This document shows, piece after piece, positions 11,935 through 25,573 of a stretch of 64,000 nt of DNA. Each line of letters starts with the position of its first letter. The first letter of the stretch is position 1. A program made the position numbers and the translations under genes. The notes under the pieces are model-generated. The model worked only from the letters and a program-made list of their open reading frames with translations. It was not told the DNA's origin and searched no databases. Origin of the DNA: Tubiluchus corallicola (taxonomy: Eukaryota > Animalia > Priapulida). Where the stretch lies: the NCBI GenBank assembly GCA_030141605.1, contig JAQGDQ010000415.1, positions 106,233-170,232 of the forward strand, in the 5' to 3' direction.

Positions 11935-12420
11935 TAAAGAATTATAATAAAAAATACGAAGTTTTAAACGCATTACACAGCTGTTAGAGTATATAGATTT
12001 ATATTGAAAACTGCATTCTTCAATTATTATAAACGATTGTTTGTCCCTTTTAACAACCGTGCCACGACTTCAAATGAATGTCCACGCGTATCACGCCAAT
12101 CAAGCACTAAATTACTAGGAAATCCGGTTATGGCAGCTCAGATGAGAGGAAATGCTTCACAGAAAGACGAACCAACGAAGTGCGAACATTCTCTGAATGA
12201 AAATGAATGCGAACGGAAATTTGATTTGTTAGTTGCGCAATAATACTGTCACTTCTGCGTTATTAGATCCCACAAATCTACAAATGAAAAAGACGTGTCG
12301 GCAAACTGTTACAGTTAAAGTACTTAGTGGTTTCAGCTATGGCTTCACTGTTAATTACGTGTTACAGAAATGGAAAAACCTGGCTTCATTCAAGTAGATT
12401 TCAAACGCGAATACACGATT

Positions 12421-12956
12421 TTAAAGGGCAACCGAACGATTGTGTAGACATCCAAACAAACTATGATCTGAAATGTTGAAAACTACAATAGCTTTTTAAA
12501 TCAAAGTTTATGTTAAATAATAATTACCTCGGATACCCAAATTTTGTTAAACTTTCAAAGCTATGCGCGGCTCAGTGAATCTACTCAGATTGGCAAGCGC
12601 GTCTTTTTGTCACATTCGCGTGGCCGACAAATAGAAGACAGTACCGTGATAACCATGACCATGAACTGCTGTATTAGTTTCTGACGTCATATGACGTAGA
12701 GCCCATTTTCGCGACATCACGCGTTAAAACTTACGCAAACGTCCTTGACGCGCAGGGAAGATGCTTGCCATTGCACACCCTGTGGTTAATTTGTGACGTA
12801 AGCAATAGCTGTGTGCGGTTGCCATTAATTAACTTTCCAAAGTAATTATCCGAATATTAGAAACAAATGCTAACTTTTATAGGCAAGAAAATGTATATTC
12901 TGCGCAGTTAATTAAATTGAGATTAAGGTCTAATCAATCGTCCGGTTTTCCTTTAA
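12421..12956 (+). mobile_element. Kolobok-type MITE K3
   Basis: ttaaagggcaaccg ... ccggttttcctttaa. Confidence 0.8.
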
Positions 12957-13503
12957 AATCGTGCATTCGCTTTCGAAATCTACTTGTAGGAAGCCAGGTT
13001 TTTCCTGAGAATATTGAATGATGCATCATTACCTTTTATCTTCTAATTGGTCCAAACTTTGTTTGTAAACATTCGACGTCGAACGAAAATCCCGAGTTCC
13101 ATAGTTATCCAACAGGTGTCGTTTAAGTTTTTTGTACATTAGATTCGTTTGGTTGAAATTGTGCATCATTGGCATACAGGTAAAAGGAAAAAGTCATAAT
13201 GAAGGCAGTTTCGTAGCTTTGCATCAGTACTGATGAACGAGACGTGAGGTTGCCTTCGTAGCGTGATAAAAGTATGTATAAAATATGAAGTCTTGTTTAG
13301 CATACGTGATCGTATAGTATATTGAACATAAAGTGCACTGATGAACATCCACAATAAGTCTTCGAGGGTAAAAACGCCTGGTGCAGAGCAAAACACTTGA
13401 GTCTGCAAACTGAGTGTCTTCCAGCTGATGTTGTTGGTCCTTATATGCCCCAATTCTGAAACTAAACTTAGTTGATTTATGTCACACATCCAAAAATATC
13501 TAT

Positions 13504-13751
13504 CCTTAGTAACACCTAGCAACGAGCCTCTGCTGACCTGTCACCATAGTAACGTCCTCTGCTGACTTGTCACCATGGAGATGGGCACTACTTCTAAGTT
13601 GCTGTTGATTGGCCTTTAGGCGCAGTAATATAAGACACGTCTTAATACACATCTGATTGGCTAAACTAACAGCTCCCAGCATACTTCCGGTGGTAGGGTC
13701 AGTGACTCTTCAGTATTATAATCTCACGCCTGCAAAGTGTTCACCGGAAGT
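13504..13751. promoter_or_regulatory. RFX X-box / CCAAT / ETS motif cluster (mirrored at ~15405-15655)
   Basis: gtcaccatagtaac 13540-53, gtcaccatggagat 13569-82, gattgg ~13607 and ~13655, acttccgg 13683, ccggaagt 13744. Confidence 0.5.
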
Positions 13752-15043
13752 TGCTCTTTACAAGTGGCGTTTGTCCGTAAGACGCATATGCAAATAGGCA
13801 AGCAGACTACGCAAACCGCTTACAATACTGAAATGCCGGCTCTGTTACTAAAACAAAAACTGAAAAATTTTCCTTTCTTTGAGATGAATTTTTACCACAT
13901 ATATAAAATAACAGGAATGAGTAACTAACATAGATTATCAATTTTGAATTTTGACGATAACAGTCCTGTCTCAGCGTCTCAGCGTCAAACTCCCAAACAG
14001 TTCCAAACGTTACGCGCAAATTGCGTTTGATTACAGAATTTCTTAATTCATGATTTCCAATTAAGGCGAACGCACATTTAACTTAATTAATAGTAATATG
14101 CTTACCTTTATTATGATGCTCGAATTCGTTAATTTTTCATTCAACGATATACTAAATTATTAATGTTTGCTCGCGACAAATGAAGCGTTTCATTACTGAT
14201 GAGCTTTAATGCCTCGAGAATACTTAGGAAAATTAACAAACAGCAATTAGTAACAATAACACAACGCGTTTGAAAGATGCTTTTGATTTTTTTCCAAATG
14301 CTACGGCGTGTTCAGACTAGCCAGTTTTTTCTCGCGAGTTCTCACTGAGTGCAAACTTGCAAGTGTGAACGGTTTTGCGAGTTAGTGTAGTGACTTTTGC
14401 TGAGTGTGAACTCGCTCTAGCTGTCGGAGAGAACTCGCACCAACTCTCGGAGAGGTCGGAAAACTTGACCGACAGAATGACCAACTACAAACTACCTTCA
14501 CAAATGCTTAGCGAGTGTGTTAAAACATTCATCATTTCTCTATATCGTACATCAGTTTACATTGTAATTATGAAATATTACTAACTCCCACTATAACTCA
14601 AACTATCTATTACCAATACGTTGTTTTTTCTCACTACTAATTCTAGTGGCCTAACATAAGCTTGCTTTTTAGGTCTCTAGTGCAGAATTCAAGAATTATA
14701 TCTTAATTTTGTTGTATTAGCAAAAAATTTATTATCGATGTACTAGTGATGCGTAAATATTTGTTTAGTGCGAAATAAATCGATTGAATTGAATTTAAAA
14801 AAACTTCGAAATGGTTTTGACAGTCTACGTTTTGCGTTCCGCCATTTTTCCGACTATTCATACAGCTTGGCAAATGCGCCTGCGTTCATTTTCTACTTTC
14901 AAACGTTTTTTAAAATGTTTTTGTAAACACTTAAATACCACTAAACGTCAAAATACAAAGGTCAATGTTAAAATTCGTTTAAATACAATCATAATTTAAT
15001 CACTTGAAAGCGAAAAGAATCCCCATAGAATATTATATGCATA

Positions 15044-15352
15044 GAGATGTAGGTTGTAAAGTAAAAGAACAAGCATTTCAACATTGTTAACTGGTAAATC
15101 TGTATCGAGATGTAGGTTGTTAAGTAAAAGAGCAAGCATTTCAATATTGTTAACTTGTAAATCTGTAACGAGATGTAGGTTGTAAAGTAAAAGAGTAAGC
15201 ATTTCAACATTGTTAACTGGTAAATCTGTATCGAGATGTAGGTTGTAAAGTAAAAGAGTAAGCATTTCAACATTGTTAACTGGTAAATCTGTATCGAGAT
15301 GTAGGTTGTAAAGTAAAAGAGCAAGCATTTCAACATTGTTAACGTGTAAATC
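15044..15352. repeat. 63-bp tandem repeat, ~5 copies
   Basis: gagatgtaggttg recurs at 15044, 15107, 15170, 15233, 15296. Confidence 0.92.
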
Positions 15353-15988
15353 TGCTTGCCTGTTTGCATCTGTGTCTTGCGAACGTACGCCACTTTGTAA
15401 AGAGTAACTTCCTGTGAACACTCTGCAGGCGTGAGATTATAATACTTAAGAGTTCTGACGCTGCTACCGGAAGTACGTTACTAGAAGCTGTTACTCTGAC
15501 CAATCAGATGTGTATTGAGTTGTGCCTTATATTACTGCGCCTAAAGGCCAATCAACAGCAACTTAGAAGTAGTGCCTGTCTCCATGGTGACACGGCAGTA
15601 GTGGACGTTACTATGGTGACTGGTCAGCAGAGGCTCGTTGCTAAGTGTTACTAACGATAGATATTTTTAGATGTGTGACTAACCAAGTTTAGGCTCAGAA
15701 TTTGGTATATAAGGATTGGCATTATCAGCTGGAGAGTAGTAAGTTTGTAGCCTCAAGTGCTTTGCTATAGACTCTGCACCAAGCGCTTTCTCTGTCCTCT
15801 TAGACTTATTGTGGATGTTCATCAGTGCGCTTTGTGTTCAATATACTATACGATCACATATGATAAACAAGACTTTATGTTTCATACTTCATCACGCTAA
15901 GAAGACAACTACAAGACATCGTTCATTATTACTGATACCAAGTTACGAACCAAAATCATTATTGCTGAACATCGTTATTAGTGTAAAC

Positions 15989-16063
<75 letters not shown>

Positions 16064-16207
16064 CGTGCGTACGTGTGTGTGTATATATGTGTCAAGATGT
16101 ATCGCTAGATTTTTTGATATGCAACATTTTATAAGCACCCATTTTAAACCTGTTCTATGTCAGAAGCTCATATGTGTGCTTACAAGGAAGTTTACCCTGT
16201 TCATATT

Positions 16208-16593
16208 CAGGGGATGTATTACCCAATAGGCTAACTAGGCAATAGCTTACGGTTTACAAAAATTCTTATTCGTTTCGGAAAATGTGTATACTTTCATATT
16301 CATGTAAAGGATGCATTTTGTAGTTACCAGCAGCAGGTTTTATATAAGTGCCACATAACGAACAGGTGCAAGGTATTACACAGCAAGCACTTGTGCAGCC
16401 TGCTTGAATGTAAGCGCCATGCAAATGCATGTAATTATTAACGACCACGTAGAAACTAGGCTAACAGCGTTTCTAATACACCACAAGTAATTGTTTGATC
16501 TGCCCATTACACAAACAACTATAAATTCACAATAGACATGGTCGGGACAGAACTATCAGCCCAAGGCGTCTTAAAGTCTTGATTACGCCAGTG
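16208..16593. mobile_element. Second hAT-type MITE
   Basis: cagggg...gccagtg ends with 8-bp flanks ttcatatt / atcatatt; a shorter relative lies at ~55296-55479. Confidence 0.6.
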
Positions 16594-16944
16594 ATCATAT
16601 TCATCACACGATGGATGGCTTTGCTGAAAACGTCGTCTTTCCGATGAATCTTGCTACACAGAGTCATAGAAGCAAACGATTCAGAATTTTTTATGTTAAG
16701 CATGTTACGCAAAATGTTGCAACACGAGCCGCAAAAATCGTAACCCTCGAGGGTCCTGGCGTGATATGAATATATAGCATTGTTAAAGGTTAGCTGATGG
16801 TAGTGACGCAGGAATTTGCTGTGATTTGAGAAACATAGCGCTTACGGACTTTCTACACGTACAGAGACGAACAGTTTAGGCTGTTTCTGAAGCAAATCAT
16901 CTCTGGAGCAAGACTGACAGCACATAATGGTACAAAGAAAATTT

Positions 16945-17612
16945 TTAAAAGTACGATACGAAATTATCGTACAATAGTTTTTCAAAAGTACAGTACGGTA
17001 CGGAATTACAGTACAATACTTTTTCAAAAGTACAGTTACAGTACAATATTTTTTCAAAAGTACAGTACGGTATGAAAACAATGTGTAAAGTACGGTACGG
17101 AGTTACAGTACGATATTTTTTCAAAAGTACAGTACGGTACGAAAACAATGTGTAATGTACGATACGGAGTTACAGTACGATATTTTTTGAAAAGTACAGT
17201 ACGGTACAAAAAAATCCTTAAAGTACGGTACGGGGTTACAGTACGATATTTTTTCAAAAGTACAGTACGGTACGAAAACAATGTGTAAAGTATGGTACGG
17301 AGTTACAGTACGATATTTTTTCAAAAGTACAGTACGGTACGAAAACAATGTGTAAAGTATGGTACGGAGTTACAGTACGATATTTTTTGAAAAGTACAGT
17401 ACGGTACGAAAACAATGTGTAAAGTACGGTACGGAGTTACAGTACGATATTTTTTCAAAAGTACAGTACTTTACGAAAAAAATGTGTAAAGTACGGTACG
17501 GAGTTACAGTGCGATATTTTTTCAAAAGTACAGTACGGTACGAAAAAAATCTCCTTAAAGTACTTTACGGAATTATGGTACGATATTTTTTCAAAAGTAC
17601 AGTATGGTGCGA
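16945..17612. repeat. ~67-bp GTAC-rich tandem repeat, ~10 copies
   Basis: Unit aaagtacggtacggagttacagtacgatattttttcaaaagtacagtacggtacgaaaacaatgtgt. Confidence 0.92.
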
Positions 17613-18104
17613 AATCACGCTGTTTTTTACCTTTTCGTACCTTTTCCGTACTACCATTTTTGCTAAGTTTATTGTAACGTTTCTATTTGTCAACATGACG
17701 ACTTGTTTTGCTCGAGGGTGGAACTGGTTTGGAACCCGCAAGTTGTTTGGAAGCCCCGCTTGTCATTTCCCGTAAATTGCGTTTATTGTTGTAATTAACA
17801 AATTAAAATACATCAGTTTGCATTGAATAAAATTCGCATTACTTACATTAAAAATACGATAAAATAAAAAAGTCAATAAATTATATACGAAATGTAAATT
17901 TTTCAAAATTGGGAACTAATAATAATTTTTTATAAAAGTCTATTACATTTGCATCATTTTAATAAACACGTTTCGGCTAGCTTCCTACTAAAAACGGATG
18001 AACTGTCAATGTCATAACTGAGGTCATTCCATATAGTAAAAATTCTGTTTAAAAAAGTTTATTTATGCAAGTTCGTTTACTAATGTACTTATTTACTAAT
18101 ATTA

Positions 18105-18544
18105 TTCCCGCCTTATGTTCTTTCTTTATACGAGCACGTGAGGCTACTACTGTTTGATTCACAGCCCAGCACAATGCGTTGTACAGGTCAAGCAATGTGG
18201 TGTTTGGCTGTTGTGCGCATGCGGCCACGTGTCTGAAATAACGACGCTGCACTTTAGGTAGAAAGAGTACTGTCACTCACGCAGTGTGCGTTGTCAGTTG
18301 TCACGTGCTTAAAAGCCGTGTACCAGCATATTCTTGAGCTGCGACAATTTAGACTATTAGTAAGAAAACAACATTTTTGTTTAGGATTTTTATCAAGTTT
18401 TATGTATAAAGTTTTATGTTTGTTTGTTTAAAATTACAGCATTAAACTTACACAAGTTTGTTTCGTTTTACAAAGTATTAAAACAATGGCTAAAAAATTT
18501 TCTGAAGCAGCACCCCCAGTAATTTTAGCTACGAGCCGCCATTG
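18105..18544 (-). mobile_element. hAT-type MITE, same family as 52810-53350, inverted and partial
   Basis: Ends ctacgagccgccattg; interior is the reverse complement of ~52810-53250. Confidence 0.7.
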
Positions 18545-19423
18545 TTCGTTACAACACAACGACTTGTACCTCGTATTAACGACATTTTCGTTCACATTTT
18601 TTCTACAATGGCCCTCATGCGCTTCCGTAGTCACAACAGTACGAAGAGGATAAAATACTTTAGTTTAAACATAATTTATTATTGGATTAGATCAGACAGT
18701 TTGAACAACATGATTAAGGATCCTCACCACAACAGACTTTATACACTATTTACAAAAACATTTACAGTAAGAATTGACTATAACTACACAAGCTGACAAG
18801 TTTTACTACAAGATTACATTAGACATTAGTAGAAAATGACGGTTAGAAAATATTCATGTACGAATATTTAAGACTGATGCATTTCATATCAGATAAAAAC
18901 TACTGGAAGCGTTTAGTACGTAATATAAAGTCATGTATACATTGGAATATTTTACAGTTAGCAACATAGTTAAATTCATCTTTTGCGAACTTCAACAGAT
19001 CATTAGTTCCTAAAGCAGCTATATTAAAGTTCTCGGGCAGAAGTATTCCATACTTCTGAGGTAAAATACTTTAGTTGAGCACGTGTCAAGAGATAAGGAG
19101 CGAAGTTAGCTGTTTAAACTTTCATGCCTAATACGATTTGCCGGTGCTGCTAATGCAATTTCAACGGCTAACCGAGTTCGCTGCTCAAAACAGTTTTCAA
19201 TAATTCCCGGTAGCTCCCAATAGCTCCCATTAGATTTGCCTGAAGGATAACTTAACAGAATTATAAGGATACATGCTATATCATAATCCATCTGCTATCT
19301 GTAAGCACTGTTTCTTATTAAGTTATACCTGTAGAGCGTAGGCCAGAGTTATATCAATCCGTACAATGCATTTGTGTTAAAGATGACAAAGGATTAGACA
19401 AACTTATAAAACAAAATTTTTAA

Positions 19424-20083
<660 letters not shown>

Positions 20084-20472
20084 CTGAAATTTTTTACCAT
20101 ATTCATTATGGAAATATTACAGACATTATTTTAGGCACTCAGAATACTAAGAATGTGTCATTTTGGCGCACCTTCCATCTAGACAAGATAGATGACGGTA
20201 GCCATTATGGCAAAATGTATTTCTCAGAAAATATGTGTGAATGTTGATTCGTTAATGTTTTTTATTAATTTAAATAATTTTTGTAATAGCTGTGGATACG
20301 CTTTAATTGTGTTCTCACCTACGGATCGTGGGCTGTTGGATTATGTTGTGTGAGGTGAAATGTTTTTCTGCATAGAAACATCACACAATAGATTCTCGTT
20401 GTAGAAAAAATTTAGTATAAGCCTCCGAGGTGCCGAGTCATTAAATGCAAACGATAAAACTAGCAATCTCAC

Positions 20473-21108
20473 TTAAAGCACAATAAAAGAGGCACCTGAA
20501 GTAGGTTTCCGAAAAATCGCCTTAAAAATTATATTACTTTATAGCGATTTTATGTTTATATCGTACTCGCGTTGAAAGGAATTTTTGTTTCTTTTCATTT
20601 TAAAACTCCCGCGATAATGTTCCGATGGCGCCATTACATGACGTCACTACACCACGTAAATCAGGGGAAGGAAAGGCAATGTTAAATTATGTTCCAAAAA
20701 AGCTTTCCATGTAAATCTATATTACTTAGCATTTGGCTAACCTGCTGGAAAGACTTACATAACTAGAAAAGAGCATTTTTAGTTATTTAAAATGATTTCA
20801 CCAATTGGCAAAATGTCACTGACTCACCCTCCAGGGTGCACCACTCACTAACTAAAAACGTATTTTTAATCTCAGTTAGTGACATCTGCGCTACGAATGC
20901 TTTGATTATTTTTTCAAACTTTACACAATGTTATCTAAACTTGTTTCAAACGACTTATCATCAAAATGGCTGCCTTTAATGGTCATCGCGGGAGTTTAAA
21001 TCTATATGTTTTATACAGCGTGACTGCCGATTAAAGTCCTGTATGTAAAAAGGCAGTACGTAAGTGATACAAAGCTTTATGTAAGAGGAGGGTTTTGTTG
21101 GGCTTTAA
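20473..21108 (+). mobile_element. Kolobok-type MITE family K4
   Basis: ttaaagcacaata ... ttgggctttaa; homologous to copies at 37741, 45989, 50630, 54554, 57212, 62940. Confidence 0.78.
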
Positions 21109-23030
21109 GTCTTGGAAAGACAATAAATTCGGTTTTTAAAGTTGCTGCATTGTCAATTTGTTCTCAACTGTCATGCATAACAACATGCAAAGCTTCAGAA
21201 TTAGCAAATGTAAAAAGAAAATTTTTCTTGATACTTTCTGCACCTTTTGATAAAATATATGATAGCATAGCATTAAAGCATTGTTTTCTTTCTGCTCTTT
21301 TTCGTGAGTTCCTGACAGTTTTTTATATATTTAATTACTATTATACCTTGCAGGCATTTTCTGCAGCAATATCTTTCTAATCAAGATTTCACGCGAGACA
21401 AATTTTCTGAAGAAAAATTTTACCTAGAAATATTGTGCTCTACGTCATTAATTTTGCGTTAATTTGCGGGATTGTCACTTTCTGCGCGGACTCAACGCGT
21501 TTATACGTCCGCAGTGATTCAATCCATCACTGTTAACGAATTTCAAGAAAACGGGCACTTTGTCTAATTAGTTTTACAGATTTTGAGAATCTGTCAAGTG
21601 CCTCAGCCTCCCAGGAGGCGGTTAACACACGTCGTTCAAAGAGCAATCTTAGATCATTTTTACTAGCCTTCTCTTTGCAATACACACAATATAAATTGAC
21701 CGATAGCGACCACGGTAAATTTGAACCAGAGTCATCTCGATAAAGCAGTGTCATCAATAGCCGTAATTACCCAGCTAACAGCAAACATCGGACGCTGTAG
21801 AAATATCCTCAGACTGAACAACTTACTCTGAACTATTTCTCCTATTAAGACTTACTGCAAAAGTGCATCACGTGCATGTTTAAGAACATAATGGCTGAAT
21901 TGCCAAATTTCCTGAGACGCTGCTTTATAGGCTTGCAGACAGACAAAGTTCATCAATAAAGTTTGTTGACAGCTCAAACATTGTTATTGCTTGAACATAA
22001 TAACTGCTTGCTAAGGTCGAGCGAATAGTTTAATCACCATGACTATATAGAAAACATGAGTTGAGATTGATTACTTACTGAGAGTAGAAGCTTTTCAAAC
22101 TGAGACTCAATTAAATGAAACTAGAGCCGAAACGGAACAGAATGAAACGGGACAACGCGGAATGGAAACGCAAGTGAGTGGAGGGAAAAGGAGGAAAGGA
22201 GTTAACAAGAATAAAGTAAGGAAACTTTAATAATTCAAACAAATTGGGCACTTTAGTAAGATTCAGCAAAAAGTCGATTCGGTAATTAGTTAATTTTTCA
22301 CTATCGGACCGCCCGATGAGAGCTCGACTAAATAGACTGGTACGAACACAAAAATTGGCTATTGAAATTGGCTATTGAAATTGGAAATATAGATTGGCTA
22401 GAATGTCCATTAAAAAGGTTGAACAAAAGCTTTCTGCATACAGAGATTTTTAAAATCCGTTTCCACGGAAAACGGAAACTAACCCTAATATTACCATCAT
22501 TATTGCCACCACTGGTACCGCCGCTGCTGCTACAGTCGCGACCACCACCACCACTACTACCACAATCACCGCCACCACCCCCACCATCATCATCATCACC
22601 ACCGTCGTCGTCGTCGTCGTCATCTTTATCATCATCATCATCATCATTATCACCATCATCATCATCACCACCACTATCTCCACCGGCAATATTACCATCA
22701 TCGCCGTCATCGGCATCATCATAATTATCATCAGCATCATCTTGACTGTCATCATTACATCCCCTGTGTCATCACAGCTCCTTCTAAGTTTTGCTTTGTG
22801 GCTGTTAACAGCCATTTTGTTGGAACCTGAGATTTTTAGCATCTAGAATTTGCGTGGCGTCTATTCTCTTTTATTTACCATTAAAATTGTATTGGTGACA
22901 GTTATTTTAACACCATATCTAAAAAATTGCTAAATAAAAAAATAAATAAATAAAATCAATACATAAAACTAACGACTTGACAACACAAATGCAACATTCA
23001 CAACCAGTTTTGTGTAATAAGCCTTTTCAT

Positions 23031-23449
23031 ATTTTCAGACGTGTTGGTTACCGCCATTCACTTACTGTAACTGGGATACTTCGTGACTTTTCGTAAGCGC
23101 ATCGTGGTTTTCCGTAAGGGCGCGCTGCTTAAACTAATTCAAACTTTGCAGCTTACCTAATGTTCTCAAAGAAATATTTCAAAATTAGCTATCTATTTTT
23201 TTTGTAAAAGCTTGTTATACTTTTGATGAACATTGACAGTGCGCTACTTTTCTTCAAGACGAATGACGTCACTGGAAGAAGAATGGACATTGAAAATGGG
23301 AGCGTCCAAGCATGAAGTGATCGTGACTTTAAAGTGATTTTACTAATTAAACGAGGTACTTATTGCAGTTTTATTTGTAAACCCTTCTAACATTTCTCGT
23401 GGACATTGAAATAACTCAAACCTCCAAGAAGGCTTGACGTTTCCTTTAA
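23031..23449 (+). mobile_element. Kolobok-type MITE K1, left-truncated
   Basis: Matches the right part of K1; ends ttcctttaa. Confidence 0.75.
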
Positions 23450-23834
23450 TCAGCGCTCATTGTTTAAATACAACCCTTAATTTGTAATACTGAAGCCTAC
23501 TGTAGTTCAAACAGTTTAAATTCTAACTGTAACTCGAACTATATAACTGCAAGCCAGGCTTACAGTCTTACACATAAGACGAATTTACTCTTCTAAATGC
23601 ATCATTCTAGGACTAGGAGTCGAAAGGATAATTTAATGGCATTCTGGGATTACAATTCAGTGGCATTCGGGGATTACATTCATTGATTTCGGTTAGGGAA
23701 TTCGCTATCACATTAATGACTGTAATTGAACGCAATGCCTTCGCAGAATGGTTTAGTTGCTTAGTATGTCATAGCCAGGCGGTTAGTTGTCTGAAAATTT
23801 GAATTATGTCTATCAGAAGTTCCATGGGACGTCA

Positions 23835-24504
23835 TTAAAGGAAAAGAACAAGTCATGCAGTAGGTTGAGTTTATTTTACTCTTATCACTTAAACTGTTTT
23901 TGGTGTGCTAGAGGAAAGAACAAGTCATGCAGTAGGTTAAGTTTATTTTACTCTTATTACTTAAACTTGGAAAAATGTAACAAAAAAATGGCAAAGAACT
24001 GCCTATAAAGCATAAATTTAAAATAAACTACCTCTGAATAGAAATTTTCAGACGTGGTGGTTGCCGCCATTCAACTGAAAATCATGACGTAACTGGGAGA
24101 CTTCGTGACTTTTCGTAAGCGCATCGTGGATTTCCGTAAGCGTGCGCTGCTTAAACTTATTCAAACTTCTGCAACTTACCTAATGTTCACACAAAAATAT
24201 TGCAAAATTAGCTATCTAATTTTTTTAAAGACTTGTTATACTTTTAAGGAAAAATTGACAGTGCGCTACTTTTCTTCAAGGCGAACGACGTCATTGGAAG
24301 AACAATGAGCATTGAAAATGGAAGCGCCCAAACATGAAGTGATCGCGACTTTAAAGTGATTTTACTAGTTACACGAGGTGCTTATTGCAGTTTTATTACT
24401 AAATATTTAGTTAATATTTAGAAAAGTTTAATTAATCCGTCTAACATTTTTCGCGAACATTGAAATAAGCACAACCTCCTAGAAAAGCTTGAGCTTTCCT
24501 TTAA
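23835..24504 (+). mobile_element. Kolobok-type MITE K1 with duplicated left end
   Basis: ttaaaggaaaagaacaagtca ... gagctttcctttaa. Confidence 0.8.
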
Positions 24505-24900
24505 CGACAACAATGTCCTATTGATCATTCATCCACGTTAATATTTAGTACCATAATGAATAATGGTAATCCTTAGCTCTTTGACGGACAGTTGCAAGTG
24601 TCAAACATCAAACACTTGTTGAAGCCGCATTCATAGGTAGTTTTGACCTTGTAAAAGTAACATGGCGTACGTGATCTTAAACTTGCACCTCACCTATTTT
24701 AGATATAATGAATATCGAATATTTTAAAAGACTTCTGTTAAACTAACTCATTGGTAATGTGTAGATACTGTGTCGTAGAGAACACTCACATTACCCCCTC
24801 GTTTAGACGGCTTAATTATTGATTATTATCTTGATTAGTTTATATAAGATGATTGCACTAATTAATATTATTTGCTTGTTTTCACTGGTGTTTTGTTTAT

Positions 24901-25121
24901 GTATCGCTCCGCTTTCCTTTGGACTACACCAGGGAGGAAGAGAGGGGGTTCTTGTTGTCTGGGCAACTCAGGATCTCCATATACCTTGCCCGTGCGCCCT
25001 GGAGACGTTCAAGGATCGGACTGCTCAGCCACAGTCGACGCTGCAGCTCCATCAATGTGATCAATAACTGACTCTCTTGGCGCACATTCCATTGTCTTCC
25101 GAGACAGAAGGATGCCAACAA
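24901..25121 (+). mobile_element. 5'-truncated copy of the 5S/RTE SINE
   Basis: Roughly 90% similar by eye to 4729-4950. Flanked by the direct repeat tttgtttatgta (24892-24903 and 25126-25137), consistent with a TSD. Confidence 0.85.
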
Positions 25122-25517
25122 TGTATTTGTTTATGTAAACACGTAAAATATATATGTTAACATTACAATTAATCGTTTCTCTTTCTTGGCAGTTATTAAA
25201 CACGAGTAAGTACAGTGGTCTACATATTGTAAAATTATCTCTTTCTATCGCATCTCTTCTTATTATCTCTTTTAAACGTATCTCTTTTCACTCAAGCTTT
25301 TACGGTTTTGGTTACTAAAGAAAGGGTAATTTAGGAACCTCTGATATTCAGCGTTTCCACTCGTTTAAAGTATCAAATTTTCCTCAAATTTCTGCTGTTT
25401 TTTTACAAGTTCTTTAAACACTGTATAAGAAAAGAATCATGATGATGATGCACATAATCGTGTCCACTGGCATCATCATCTGCAGAAATAGCAACAGCAG
25501 CTACGGCTGGAACATCG

Positions 25518-25573
<56 letters not shown>

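Larger units (their letters stand above)
13200..15960. repeat. Long inverted repeat: arms ~13200-13850 and ~15310-15960
   Basis: For example gtattataatctcacgcctgca (13713) versus tgcaggcgtgagattataatac (15424); colinear similarity over ~650 bp, about 80% by eye. Confidence 0.88.
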
